A stretch of 64,000 nucleotides of DNA from Carcharhinus longimanus (Eukaryota): positions 58,775,105 to 58,839,104 of the forward strand of contig JASCQW010000162.1 in the NCBI GenBank assembly GCA_030264375.1. Reading direction: 5' to 3'. The notes under the pieces were generated by a model that worked only from the letters and a program-made list of their open reading frames with translations, did no database searches and was not told the origin of the DNA. Shown piece by piece: positions 51,710-64,000 of the stretch; the stretch's first letter is position 1, and each line of letters begins with the position of its first letter. The translations under genes were made by a program, and so were the position numbers.

Positions 51710-52659
51710 CGGGGCCAGGAGACATCAGCATTGGCCAATTTGTGCTGGCCATCCAGGCTTCAGCGCACCTCCCAGCGCCAGATTTCCAGCGCCGTCAACT
51801 CTAACGCAGTATTCAAAGAGTGACTTCCCTACAATTTAAATACAATTAGCGAGCCCAGGACTGAAGTCTCTGGGCCCACTAGCCTCCCCTTCTCACCCCA
51901 CTCCCACATCCACCCTCACCAGGAGTATTTCCCTCCAGTGGGGTTTACAGTAGCTTCCCACTAACGAGGAGTTGGTGGCCTGACTCCACCGGAGTGAAGG
52001 GGGAAGCAATTGAGGCCCCCAGAGGGTCAGGTGCCCTCCTGGGCATTGCCACCCTGGGCACCTTGGCACTGCCCAATAGGCATAGGGCTGTGCCAAAGGG
52101 TGGGGCATAATGGGGCAGAGCCTGGTAGGGGCAGGACCTCACTGCCCACTCTGCAGTCTGAATCAACAGGAGAGTGGGGGTAGAGGGAGGCCAGCAATCA
52201 GGACTGGCCATCAGTGCACAGGGAGTCAGGATGAGGGTGAGGGTGGGGGTGGTGACAGCAGCCTCCTGGGGGAAGCAAGAAATTCAGGTGGGCCAGGAGA
52301 TGGGGAGGAGGGGTTGAAGCTAGCCCATACACGTCTGGGAGACCAGCGATCGGTGGAGTAGGGGAGGTTGGAGCTGAGACGGCCAGCATTGTAGGGGTCA
52401 GGGGGCTGGCCATCGATTGAGCTGACCAGCAACCGAGAGGTTGGCCGACAGGAGCCACTACACGTGCAGTAGCCTGCTCAGCGTGATGCTCTGGCCACTT
52501 CAGAGGGAATAGGCCCCACCTCTTGATTTCTGGAGTGAACCACACTAGTGCACAGAGTGTGGAAGATTCATTTTGAAACTCCCATTGAAAAACCAGCATG
52601 ATTTACTCCGGTTTTCATGCAAATTCAACACTTAGAATTTTTTTGGAAGAACAGTCCCC
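51710..52659 (-). mobile_element. Long Harbinger-like MITE
   Basis: GC-rich block related to 48142-48950; explains the cluster of spurious Pro/Gly-rich ORFs here. Confidence 0.6.
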
Positions 52660-53442
52660 AATGTATGTTCTGTACATCACAGTTTTATTTGATATTTCAG
52701 TAAAGCTTGCCAAATCAGTTGGACTCACTTTGATCCCATGAGCAAGACAGATGAGAGAAACAAAAGAGTGGAACGATAGTGGATTCGCATGGCTCATTAA
52801 CATTGAATTTACTGAGAATTTTGCCACTTATGAGCCTGTATTCTAGCATAAATTGCCACAAAACTGATTTCCTGCAAATTAATAATGCTGCTGTTGATTG
52901 AGAACACAAGGATAACAATATTGTCACACATCAATTTTATTTTTCAAATTACTTTATAGCTTTTTTCATTTAATTTTTAAACAGGTTAATTCATCAACAC
53001 AATAGTGACTCCACCTCACTCATTATCCATTGGATGTAAAGCACTGCCTTACAAAGATAAGACACCAACAAATGTATTTATTTTTCTGTTTTTAGTCTGA
53101 GTTATGGGAAGATATAATTGATATGAGACAAAATCTTGAAAATTCTTGAAGAAAATAAATTTCTTGAAAAAGGCGAGTCAGAAGGCTATGGTTTGGTGGT
53201 CACAGTACTGAGCTTTGAAACATTGCAATTTTCAGGCGAAAAGGGGAATTCTGTCCTATTTTAACTCCAGCTCCATCATTCACCAATCTGATTCCCACAA
53301 AGGTACGAGCCACACTTATAAATGTTCCAAGCTTCAGCAGTTTTGGAACCAAGCTGCCAACATTTGAAGCGTTTGTTTCAATACCTATTAACACAATTGA
53401 ATAGTCACTACTTACCATATCCTCCATAATAAAACACTTGGC

Positions 53443-53640
53443 TGTAATGGTTAATTCATAAACAACAAGAGATTTTTTTTACAAGAATCTACAACAGTAT
53501 GTCTATTGCTGGTTCTGAAATGATTCTGCCTAAGAGAACTCCTCCTCCCAGGGGTGATTCCCCATTCTGAGCCCCTATTGGTCACTCAGGCCAGGTGACC
53601 CTTATTCTGCTGTGTTTTTCTTAAAGAGACAATCACCACA
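53443..53640 (-). mobile_element. Solo LTR (Gypsy-like)
   Basis: TGT...ACA termini. Minus-strand start 'tgtggtgattgtctctttaag' resembles the starts at 26348 and ~35034. Confidence 0.5.
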
Positions 53641-54295
53641 TCTACTCTTGGTCAATCTGGCTTCTCATTCATGGACAGGCTTGATCCCCCACTCTACAAT
53701 AAACAATATAAATGTGCATTCTCTACTTTAAACCCCGAGGTTATGGTGAAATCACGATCGTAGCATTAGAACAGAAATGGAAACCCTGTCACCACTGTTA
53801 CAATGGTAAAATGAAACTGAGCGGCAGAGTTATGTGAATTGCTGAGATCCACAATCGAATACAATACGCAGCTGCAGGCATTACTGTCACAGTTAAACAG
53901 TTCACATTTTTGATAGCAAATAAACTGAATAGTTCGAAGCTTGTCAGTAAATCAGTATTTGAAAATAAATTTTAATTTTGCTGGCATGTGATCTCATTTC
54001 CAGATTTGGACCAATTGTGTAAAACTTGTGATAATGTCACCGAGGCCTTTATTTACACAATGAATAGAGCACCACGTCTGTGGCTACAGTACACAGGCTA
54101 GGTCCAGGAATCCTTTGGCTGCTGATCTCAGTAGCATCAGCTGATTTTAATCTCCTGCTGCTCCTTTCCTTTCGGGTGAGCTTCCACTCGCTCGATGGGG
54201 AGCTCATCTTCCATGAAGTCCACGGGGAGATCTATTGATGATTCCCCATGGCCATTATAACATCCCTCTTCTCTTGACTCTATTTCTTCTTCAGC

Positions 54296-54470
54296 ACCCC
54301 TGCCGCAGGAAGGCCTTTTCTGTTATTTGGCGATCAGCCTGGAGTCGGTTAATGGCTATCTTAATGGCCTTCTTTGGATTCAAATTGTATTCTGCCAATA
54401 GCTTATTTTGGACTTTCACATTATTAATGCTGCAAGCCAATTTATTTCACAACAAGTCCTTAAAATGGTT
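54296..54470 (-). mobile_element. Gypsy/Ty3 gag remnant
   Basis: Minus translation 'KDLL*NKLACSINNVKVQNKLLAEYNLNPKKAIKIA' matches the Gypsy gag motif MLRDRLVCGIND..IQ.KLLAE..L...KAI.IA. Confidence 0.75.
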
Positions 54471-54692
54471 AAACCCATGTCTGTCTGTGACCACAGAACA
54501 AAGGAAGCCACCTTGCTGTTTCGAGAAAGCACGTACCTCGTTATTTCTGAGGAGCCAGTATTGATTACCTGAGGACTGCAAAGCCCAACTTCAAAGCAAA
54601 GTATATAAAGGCCATTTGCATTTGGTAATCCAAGCTTTCCTTGGGTCTGCTAAGTCAAAAGGCACCTCACATTCCTTTCAACTCATAACAAC

Positions 54693-55428
54693 TGTGATGT
54701 TTCACAGTCTTTGAGACCCAGCCAAATGCCAGACAGTGGATACACATCCTTTGTTAAAAACCTTGTAGCGAAGTGGGAGTTATGTGAACTATGCCTCTGG
54801 GTTGTTGAACAAGTCAATATTGTGTTGCTGAGCTGAATAGTTCAGTCTGCTCTTTTACATCTGACTAGCAGCCACACAGAAAGGAACTCTGCCCAGATTG
54901 AACACCAGGCCCTATCCACACTGCTTCTGTTGGGAGTTCTATGCCATCACCTACAAGACTGATTCATCTGTGTGTGCTTATTTCATCATGTGAAGTCAAC
55001 ACAATGGAAAATGAATTCTACATTAGTGTTCAGCCTGCCAATCTCCATGAAGGAATACTTCATTGGTCTTTGATTCTGAACTCTGGAACTCATGTGAATA
55101 AATTTTTATTTGCTCTGTGGTCTCTGTATTGTAAAACCTTCTTTTCTCTCTCTTTTCCTTTAATTTCTGGGTGTGGAAGTGAGGTTGTGAACTCCGATTC
55201 CTGTGTTTTGAGTGTGCGCAAAATAAACTAACCTCTTGAGCCCATCCTATCTTGAGGTTGCTGTGTGGTTATTAACAGAAGGTTGGGTTGCACAAAAACC
55301 AAGTGGTTTGGGAAATATGCCACCCCTAATGAGGAGAGAAACAAATCAACACATCTTTTTGTTTATGAATAGAGAGTGAGAGGAGAAATAAGAGATGTTT
55401 CAATTAACCCCCCCTCCCGTTCATAACA
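54693..55428 (+). mobile_element. Possible long solo LTR
   Basis: TGTGATG...CATAACA termini and internal AATAAA (55221). No TSD found. Confidence 0.35.
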
Positions 55429-55539
55429 CTAATCATCTCTCCCCCATAGTTACCTTCCACCACTCCTCTATTGCTCATCAGACTGTAGATTTTCTCTAGA
55501 ATTTAAAATATGCCACTGAAAGACCAAAGTACTAGAACA

Positions 55540-55830
55540 GACTTGTATATCATATTTTACATAAAGGTCTCAAAGGTTCTTCATATACTTTACTTTGAAA
55601 GGCACTAATTGTTGTGGATTAACCCCAAGAAACACAAAACAGCAATGAAATAAATATGGCAAGATCGATGGTCAGCATGCTGGGAAAATTCATTGCTCTG
55701 CTTAGAATAACAGGACTTCCAAAAATGCAGCATTCCCCTTGATACTATTAACCTAGAATATGTGTTCCAGGCTTGCAATACCCCAGACCTCGTGATCCAA
55801 AGGAAGGTGGGTTAACAACTGAACAAACAG
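55540..55830 (-). mobile_element. Very old Deu-domain (AmnSINE1/SacSINE1-like) SINE remnant
   Basis: 'aatgcagcattccccttgatact..cctagaatatgtgttcc..acctcgtgatccaaagg..aactga' resembles the reverse of the tRNA/Deu head, from memory of the family. Confidence 0.4.
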
Positions 55831-58339
55831 GTAAATGACGCAATGGGAATGGTGCACACATTTGTATCAGAGTTTTGGGCATCTTTTGTAAATTCAACTC
55901 ATGCTTGAAAAACTGAACGGTTGTAGAAACCAACTTGTTAATATAAGCAAATGATCCCAGAAATGAAAAATGATTTTTAATCAAACACAATATGTTACTC
56001 TGCAATTAGTTTATCCATTACACAAAGTGTTGGATGGCTTCATAAGTCATCAATAAATATTTCATCTCAACATAGGGTCTGAAACTCTGTAACTACATAG
56101 TTCGTTCATGCTTAACATATTGCTTCCCAGAGGCAGATAGAAACCAAACCTGACAACGAAGGAGATTCAGAAAATTGCATCCCTGTTTTCAAATATGTGT
56201 AATTTTTCCTGGCTGTCTTTCAAGACTCCATTATCTCCATGCTTCATGCATCACTTGGTGCAATGTCTCCAACATCCGTTCTGACTATAGATCACAAAAA
56301 CACAAACTAAATACGCATAAGGAAAGCCATCCCAGCTTAACTGTCCAGAAATGAAAAAAAACTTTTTCCTCCACATCCCCATGACAGCATCCAATTGGGT
56401 TTTTTAATAGCTGCACACTGTCCCTTCCAACCTTCTGCCCAAAAATGTAATTCCAAGAGCTAAGTACTCTTTTTATAAGGACATCAGTCCTGAAAATAAC
56501 TCAGATGAGTTTGAAATATAATCCTTTGTTCCACTGTCATATCATTTGGAAAGGACATCTCTTGGCTAACTTCTTTCAGAACTGAAGAGTTCCGGATTCA
56601 TCAATCTTCCCTTGTTGCACGTTCCCCTCATATATGGAATCATTTCGAGTTCCCAAGTGGACAAATTACTCCTCATGTCAGTGCTAAATGGTTGCCCCCT
56701 TAACCTGAGGCTGTGGCCATGTTTTAGATTCCCCAGCCAAGGGGAAAACAACCTCTTGGCATCTACCCTGTCAACCTCTTCAGAATTGTTTATGTTTTCA
56801 AAGGGATCACCCCCTCATCGTTTAGCACCAGCGGGAATGCGAAGAGTAACTCTTACAGTCAGGGCCTACTTGGCTTCCCTACCTTGTTCCTCCTGTAAAG
56901 AAAATTTCAATCCAACTGAAAAGAATTATCGCTCTTCACTTCTTATTATATTGTTTACATTATATTGGTACATTACATCAGATTGTATATATTTGTTTTT
57001 TGCTATTCTTCTGTCTTTTCAAACTTATATGTGTTTTGGTTTTGAATCTATCTGAATTCCATTCATTGGATCTATCCTTCATTTCTGTGGCCCACGTTCT
57101 GTATGAGTTGCTTAGTATTATTCCACCAGGCTAGCATCAGTTTGCAACAATTGCTTTACATGTGTTCACATTGGCGTGTTGTATTCATGATCATCTCATG
57201 AAAGGAACAGCAGAGATCTTCCACTCCTGTAGCCACATTCAATCCTGCTAGCCCAATCGAGACAGGACTTCCCAAGGACATATAGCCCTCTCAAACTGTG
57301 GCACCTTCTAAGAGTGATGTGGGAGTGGGGGAGGGAGGTATTGGGGAGGACAGAGGGTGGTGGTGGTGGAAGGGGCACCACTGACTTATAATCAGATTAG
57401 TACATCCGCTTCAATGGTGATCGCATATTGAATTTGAAACAAGAAAGATAATTTTCATTTCAAAAGATTTAAATAGGAAAATGCAAAAAAAAAACAACTA
57501 AGCCCTCAATTTGGGTTTTGAGACTCTATTTTAAAATTAATCTTTGATGTTGTGAGATGTTTCAAGTCTATTTCAGATCTTCTGTGTAAAAATAAATTTT
57601 CAGTGTGCCCAAAATAGCTGCAGTTAAAAGGTCTTTCACTATGAATAGAAAGGGGAGTAAATTCTGGTGAGATCAGCAGCTTATACTAAATGGGTTCGAC
57701 AAGCTGCTGGGTTGATAATATTTCTGATGGCATTATCTCATTATCCCAGCAATAATTTTAACAAGAGAATGCTCCTAATCAGAAGCAATCTCTTTTTGAA
57801 AATATTGACAGTTTAAATTCGAACCCAGTGCTCTGCTATATTTATATATTTAGTAGTAGGCCTCAACCTAAAATAGAGTCCTAAGCTCAGAAAACCTAGA
57901 TAAGACACAAAACCTAACTATGGCACAATGCTAAAATGACTTTGAGTTAAGAAGTCTGAGAATTGTAGGGAATAGAAGACTGAGGGAGCTAAGGAGTGTG
58001 ATAGTCGTAAACTCTGGTGAAAAAATTAATCAAAATGGCATATCTTGGATTCAGTGCAACAGTGGTGAATTAGGGGGAGAGAAAGTGGTACTCATTTCCC
58101 TTAAATGAGTGTTATGTGCCACATTGTTTTGCCCATTTTCTTTAATGGGTAGTCACAGTCCTGAAGCACTGGGGAGTTAGTACTGTAAATCATTTTATGA
58201 ACAGACATTCTTTAGAGAGGATTTATTTGGAAGAAACCTCCTCCAGCTCCAACTGTCTGACATGGTGATTGAGTAAGGTGTAGGTGGATGAACACTTTTT
58301 AAACAGGGAGCCCTGCTTGCGCTCATTATTTCTAGTTTC

Positions 58340-58735
58340 ATGAAATGATAGAGCCAGGAAGGAGACCAACTAGCCCATTCTGCCTATGCTGGTTCCTTGG
58401 TAGAACTATCCAATTAGTTCCATACCCTTGCCCTTTCCCAAAAGTTCTGTCATTTTTTAGCTTTGAGTATTCATACAATTTCCTTTTGAAATTTACTATT
58501 GAATCAGCTTCCACCACCTCCTTATGATAATACGTTCAAGATCATGACATTTCACTGTGTTAGAAAATGTTTACGCATATTGTCTTGGCTCTTTTGCCAA
58601 TTACCTTACACCTGTGATGTTGCGTTACCAACTTTCCTACAAGGGGAAATAGTTTCTCCACAGTTACTTTTTCAAATCATTCATGATTTTGAAAATCTCT
58701 ATTAAATCTCCTCATAACCTTCTCTGCTCAAAGAG
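58340..58735 (-). mobile_element. Old CR1 3' end
   Basis: Same family as 5841-6250. Confidence 0.7.
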
Positions 58736-59531
58736 GTCAACTATATAATACTGAGCCTGGTAATAGACACTTGAATTATCAAAATGGAGATGCCTCTCGC
58801 AGTAACTTGCCTTCTTATAGCACTTTCTGTTAAATCCCTTATTGCCTACATATAAAATTGCCTGGGAGTGTACAATCTTCCTAATATAAGGATATCATTC
58901 CTTGAACTGCTGGCTCCTTGTATGGTATTTTTTCACACTGTCAGCTTTTTTAACTTGTCATTACAAGCTGCACTTCCTACTTGCTGCCATTTCAACAGCA
59001 TGGACTTAATGCAGTGATAAATGGGTGCCCAATGAAGGATACACAGGGTCCATTTTAATTATCTCTTCTTAGTCAAAGGCTTCTTATGAAGCTCCTCACA
59101 TTTTCCTTTTCACTTTTTTTTAAACTGTAAATCTGTACCGGGTGGTTTTGCCTCAACCTCTCTGTCCTGAGTAGCAAAGAACTCTCAGTGTCACCTAATG
59201 ACCACTGCTCTTCATAAAACATTGAACACTGCTCAGTGTAAGTCTCTATTACTGACTGCCTAATTTGTCTACCACAATATGGTATTTGTCACAGTGAGAA
59301 GACCTACTCCACCAAATCCCAGAGGTGAAAGGAAAACCAAGATTAAGATCCTGTCAGCCGCAGTTCACCATTTAGCTTTATGTTGCAGTATTGATAACCC
59401 TAATCCTTCTTCTATAATTCTTTCCCTTTCACCTCCCAACAAGTGAAAAGGTAATCCTAAATCTAAATACTGGAGGCTGGAAATCTGAAATGAAAACAGA
59501 AACAAAAATTGCTGGAAGTAGTCAGTACGTA

Positions 59532-59855
59532 GGGGCAGCGCAATGGAATAGTGGTTCGCACTGCTGCCTCACAGCGCCGGGAACCTGGGTTCAATTCTGG
59601 TCTGAAGTGGCTGTCTGTGTGGAGTTTGTGTGGAGCATCCTCCGGATGCTCCGGTTACCTCCCACAGTCCAGAGGGGTACAGGTTAGGTGAATTGGCTAC
59701 GCTAAACTGTCCCTTTGTGTCCGAGGATGTGTATATTCAGGGGATTAGTGGTGTAAATGAGTGGGGTTACGGGTTAAGGTCTGGGTGAAATGCTCTGTTG
59801 GAAAATCGGTGCAACTCAGTGGGCTGAATGGCTCACTTTTGTATCATACAGATTT
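59532..59855 (+). mobile_element. HE1 V-SINE
   Basis: Head 'ggggcagcgcaatgg..cactgctgcctcacagcgcc', V-domain and tail. Confidence 0.88.
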
Positions 59856-59859
59856 CAGT

Positions 59860-60697
59860 TACTGGCCTTTATTAGCCAAGGTGTATAATACAAGAGTAGG
59901 GATGTTATGAGGGAGCTGTATAAATTGCTTGTTAGGCCACAGCTAGTGTACTGTGTGCAATTTTGGTCACCACACTACAGGAAGGATGTGATTGCACTTG
60001 AAAGGATGTAAAGGAGATTCACCATTGCCTGGGATGGAGTGTTTCAGCTATGAAGAGAGGCTGATTAGGCTGGGGTTGTTTTTCTTAGAGTAGAGAAGGC
60101 TGAAGGAGGTCTGATTGAGGTGTACAAAATTATGAGGGACATAGGAAGAAATACTTCTCTTTAGTATAGGGAACAATAACTTGATTAAAGGTAAGGAGCT
60201 TGAGGAAAAACTTTTTCACCCAGAGGGTGGTGGGATATTAGAAGTTACTGTCTGAAAGGATGATTGAGGGAGAAACCCTCACAACACTGAAGAAGTATTT
60301 AAATGAACACTTGAAACATAGGCACAGCCTCAAGATAAAGGGGGGGCGGTTTAGAATGGAGTTGAGGAGGAACTTCTTCACTCAAAGGGTGGTGAATNNN
60401 NNNNNNNNNNNNNNNNNNNNNNNNNNNNNNNNNNNNNNNNNNNNNNNNNNNNNNNNNNNNNNNNNNNNNNNNNNNNNNNNNNNNNNNNNNNNNNNNNGAC
60501 AGATCAGCCATGATCTTATTGAATGGCGGGGCAGGCTCGAAGGGCTAGATGGCTCCTATTTCTTATGTTCTTATGTTCTTATTAGTATACAAGGTTACAA
60601 ACCAAATGCTGGAAAATGGGACTAAATAGATAAGTGCTTGCTGACTAGCACATACACGATGGGCTGAAGGGCCTCTTTCCGTGCTGCAAAGCTGTAT
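59860..60697 (+). mobile_element. CR1 3' part with a nested younger CR1 3' fragment (~60318-60580)
   Basis: 'LYKLLVRPQLVYCVQFWSPHYRKDVIALER'; the insert carries 'HSLKIKGGRFRMELRRNFFTQRVVN'. Confidence 0.9.
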
Positions 60698-61589
60698 GGG
60701 TGGGACCTATTCGCTGCGTTCGCCCTGAAACTGGAAAATCCTGTCCGAGACCAATGGATCTTTCCATGGTTGACCTCTCACCCGCTACAATTCCAGTGGC
60801 AGGTGGAATGGGAAAATTTGCCCCATGACTACTGTGACCTTTCCTGTGGGTTGATGAAAGGTAATCAGCCTGAAAGATTTCCATCATTATCTATTTTTGT
60901 TATAATTGGAAGTGTAATCTTCCCACGAATTTCAATATTAAAGAACTTCTTCCTTCTTTGATGCGTACTTCTTTGTATTCTCTAGGCACAGTATGTCGTT
61001 AAGGCTACACAAACACTGAGCTACACAACAGAATAAATGCAAAAGCTCTTTGCATTTAGATTACACTGCATAATATGAGCACCTGCAATTTCTTTCTCTG
61101 CTAGTTTAACAGATAGAAGTTATCACTCTTAAAATCAATAGGTTATTATTGGTTAAGATGGTGACAATAGAATTTCAGAAGCATCCCTATGTGAGTATGC
61201 ACAGCATCATTTCAAGGGTGCTGTTACTATCATGGTTATTATCATAACAAAACTGGTTTCAGATATAGGTCTATGTGATATCAAAGTGTTTGGGTACCAA
61301 ATTGGATAGCATCCCCGCCCCTGAAAACAAGCGTGAGGATCACAGCCGACCCCAGACACATTTGTTTCAATGCCAGTTTATTTGCTAGACGCCGTTCTAT
61401 CCAACATAATGTGTCAGTTTTAATTGGCTGCACGTTTGAGCTGGGAGAACAAAATTGTGAATGGCTAAGGTCAGGTCAAGCTCGCTGACATGACTTACAT
61501 CCAGCCTGCATCTCTTACAAGCAGAGGTGTCTATCGATTGCAGAAGGTGCTGGAAGCTGTTCCAAGAGTGAGATTAACCTGGAAAGTAC

Positions 61590-61820
61590 AGAAGAGCTGC
61601 ATGACATGGCAGAGGTCAGGTTCCAAGGTTCACCAAAGGAGGCATTGATGCATGAGGCAGACAGGAGGAGAGGGAGCTCAGTAGGCCCTTATGACAAACA
61701 TTGCAAAAGCAATTGGGATTAATACCAGTATGTTAGTCCCCACAAGCACAGTCTAGCTTAGAAGACATGGATGCAGTATGGCAAGAAAATTAATGACCTT
61801 GATTAATGAATCAAGGTCAT
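61590..61820 (+). mobile_element. Harbinger Myb/SANT-like DNA-binding ORF remnant
   Basis: 'VPRFT' (61620), 'EADRRRG' and 'KTWMQYGKKINDL' (61762-61800) resemble PRFS..E..RR....RTW.QC.KKFNDL of Harbinger trihelix proteins. Frameshifted. Confidence 0.65.
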
Positions 61821-63754
61821 TTAATGTATCTTTGCATGCCTTATCTTTACAACAGAATCACTGGACTTCAAAGTGCTCAGCCTTCCCATGTCCCCACCAC
61901 TCATCTTCACTTCGAGCAATTTTTAACAGCCGTGACTCACTTCATATTCATAGCTTCACCTATAGTGCCTGTTCCACCCTGGAGGTTGCCTGAAGCAAAG
62001 AAGCTGATGGCCATGATCACCATGGCAATGGTGGCATTGTTCTATTCTGTTTCAGGGTGCACCGTGTTAGTGAGAGGAGGAGGAGAAGAAAAGCTTTCAG
62101 TAGAAGACCATATCCACCCAAGTTCTTCAGGGCGCAGTTCTCAAACTTTGAACTAAGCCAGGAACAATGTGTGTGTACACTGAAAGACCTCCAATTGATA
62201 TAGTCTCCTCCCAGGAGCTAATCTCCCTCTTCTGTTCTAAGGGCTTGTCTTCCACTGCAGCTTGTGCTGATTCTTTCACCCATGCTGTAGGGTAAAGAGT
62301 TAGGAACTATAGCCCCAAGAATAAGAGCAAGTGAACTGTGCAGAACCCTTGAAGTGATCTTCATCTAGTGCTACATTGCTCCCTGTGGACCACCAATTTT
62401 AAAGAGGTATACAAACCACAAAGTATTTCCATCAACTCAGCAACAGTTAGTTCAGTCAGAAACTAACATGGAAACAGTGAATTATCGCTCTAAAGAGTGC
62501 TCACAGTGGGTGGATGGACAATTCTTCCTGCTGTTGAGCATACTTTCAGCTAGGCCAAGTTACGAAAAGGTGTTAGCTGAAACATGAAGATAGAAAATGG
62601 CAGCAGTATAGTAGAGTCAAATCAATGTTATACACTGATTGACATTACAATACTCCAAAGTGTCTGCATTAAACAGCTCAAAATGGCACCCAGCACAGTA
62701 GAACCAGCACATTTGGCTCAGGTAACATTTTGGACCTGAAATGGCATCCATTGTGTCAGAAGGATGATGCACTATGCAGCCAAACTTTGTCGGCCTTGTT
62801 TTTAGGCATTACTTCTGGATATATTTTAGAACATCACACAATTTTGACCTCGCCGCTTGACTACACATGGAAAGAACTGTTAGATCAAAAAGAATCAGAG
62901 ATTCTGTGTCATTACACATTGTGCAGCAGGACAGATTGGTGGTGATTTTTAGATCATCAGTACAGTGATGTGTAGGGACTCAGCAGTGTTCTACCTGCAG
63001 AAACATGCATCTGTTATCAAGTTATCACATAATAATTATTTGTGTGATAATTGAGCTGTGTCCCATCTGCATCTAGATAGCTACAGGAACAGCTGGGCTA
63101 TTCACCCCTATCTTAACCTGTTTCAAATTCCTGTGCTAAATGATACTGTGCAGCTTTGCTTTAGGACTAACTATACATCTTTCCAACAACTGAGCATGAA
63201 ATGCAATCACAATCTTAAGGAGCGGAGCGATCGAACGCTGAGTCAACAGTATCTAAATGTCACATATTCTTTTGTCTATCCTTTTTAATCCCATTTTAGA
63301 TTCTTTACATGGAATCCATTGAATTAAACGATTTGTGTGTTAATTCTTCACTACTTCGGAAGTACCTCATTCCTTTACAAACTTAGAATCCTGCACATTG
63401 GTCTTTGGACTTTTGCCTAGTTTTCTCAATAGAAAGGGAGAGATTTAAGATTGGTGAAAAAATAATTAAAAGTAATAGATGTAATTAGGTTAGTTTTTAC
63501 ATTCAGTTGCATCATACTAATTAGGAGTATAGCACTCTAATTTGAGACATTACGATCAGTTTGCATAACCAAATGATTACTTGGCTCAGGCATTTCTGGG
63601 CTGATTATGGACTAAAACAACTACTTAATTTGCTGATAAATCAACTGATCAAACTGCTAGCTCCCAGTGAATGTCGGATGGGGGGAAGGGTTGTCAAGGA
63701 CGCAATGGAATGAATGGCTTGGCTTTCTTGAGGTTGGGGATGGGGACACACTTG

Positions 63755-64000
63755 GAATACTGTGTAAGCTCTGATCACCCTATTATAGAAAGGATATTAT
63801 TAAACTAGTAAAAGAGCGCAGTAAATATTTATTAGGATGCTACTGGAACTTGATGGTTTGAGTTATGAGGAGAGGCTGAATAGACTGGGACTTTTTTCCC
63901 TGGAGAGCAGGAGGCTTATGAGTGATCTTATAGAGGTCTATACAATAATGAGGGGCATAGATAAGGTAGATAGTCAACAGCTTTTCCCAAACGTAGGGGA
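63755..64000 (+). mobile_element. CR1 ORF2 C-terminus (runs off window)
   Basis: 'SPYYRKDIIKL', 'LSYEERLNRLGLFSLESRRLMSDLIEVYTIMRGIDKVD'. Confidence 0.92.

Noticed and set aside
51893-52599. Cluster of GC-rich overlapping ORFs / possible CpG island
   Set aside because: Interior of a repeated MITE family (paralog at 48142-48950).
53416-53441. Minus-strand micro-exon (cag|ccaagtgttttattatggaggatatg|gtaagt)
   Set aside because: The acceptor is formed by the end of a solo LTR and lacks a pyrimidine tract; no supporting homology.
54120-54432. Exon-like minus-strand coding sequence
   Set aside because: It translates to a Gypsy gag motif with stops, so it is not a host exon.
53443-55428. Intact LTR retrotransposon made of two LTR-like units around the gag remnant
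   Set aside because: The two LTR-like units share no visible similarity or orientation, and no PBS, pol or TSD was found.
57320-57376. G-rich tract (possible G4)
   Set aside because: Low-complexity tract with no other supporting context.
1-64000. Prokaryote-style systems (CRISPR arrays, operons, defence loci, retrons) suggested by the RT fragments and repeats
   Set aside because: The DNA is vertebrate. All RT motifs belong to decayed LINE, PLE or Gypsy elements, and no repeat-spacer array was seen.

Overview
This is vertebrate genomic DNA, most likely from a shark or other elasmobranch. That call rests on the repeat content recognised by eye: HE1-type V-SINEs, CR1, Rex/Babar and Crack/L2-like LINEs, Penelope remnants and Harbinger-like MITEs. 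The window is AT-rich and CpG-depleted, has six N-gaps, and looks like a large intron or intergenic region. A large share is decayed, often nested transposable elements. No protein-coding gene could be confidently recognised: most ORF-track entries are TE fragments or chance ORFs, and only weak exon candidates remain. No prokaryote-type system (operon, CRISPR) is present. The most interesting signals are: (i) a small TSD-flanked fold-back element family (5637-5811, 43497-43718) whose two arms co-vary within each copy and which appears Penelope/hammerhead-related; (ii) a minimal hammerhead ribozyme core at a Penelope 3' end; (iii) a near-perfect 74-bp inverted duplication of apparently unique sequence at a SINE breakpoint; (iv) HE1-headed SINEs with two different 3' tails; and (v) several TE-free, motif-rich enhancer or promoter candidates. 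Family names come from motif recognition, not database searches, and TE boundaries are approximate unless a TSD is quoted.
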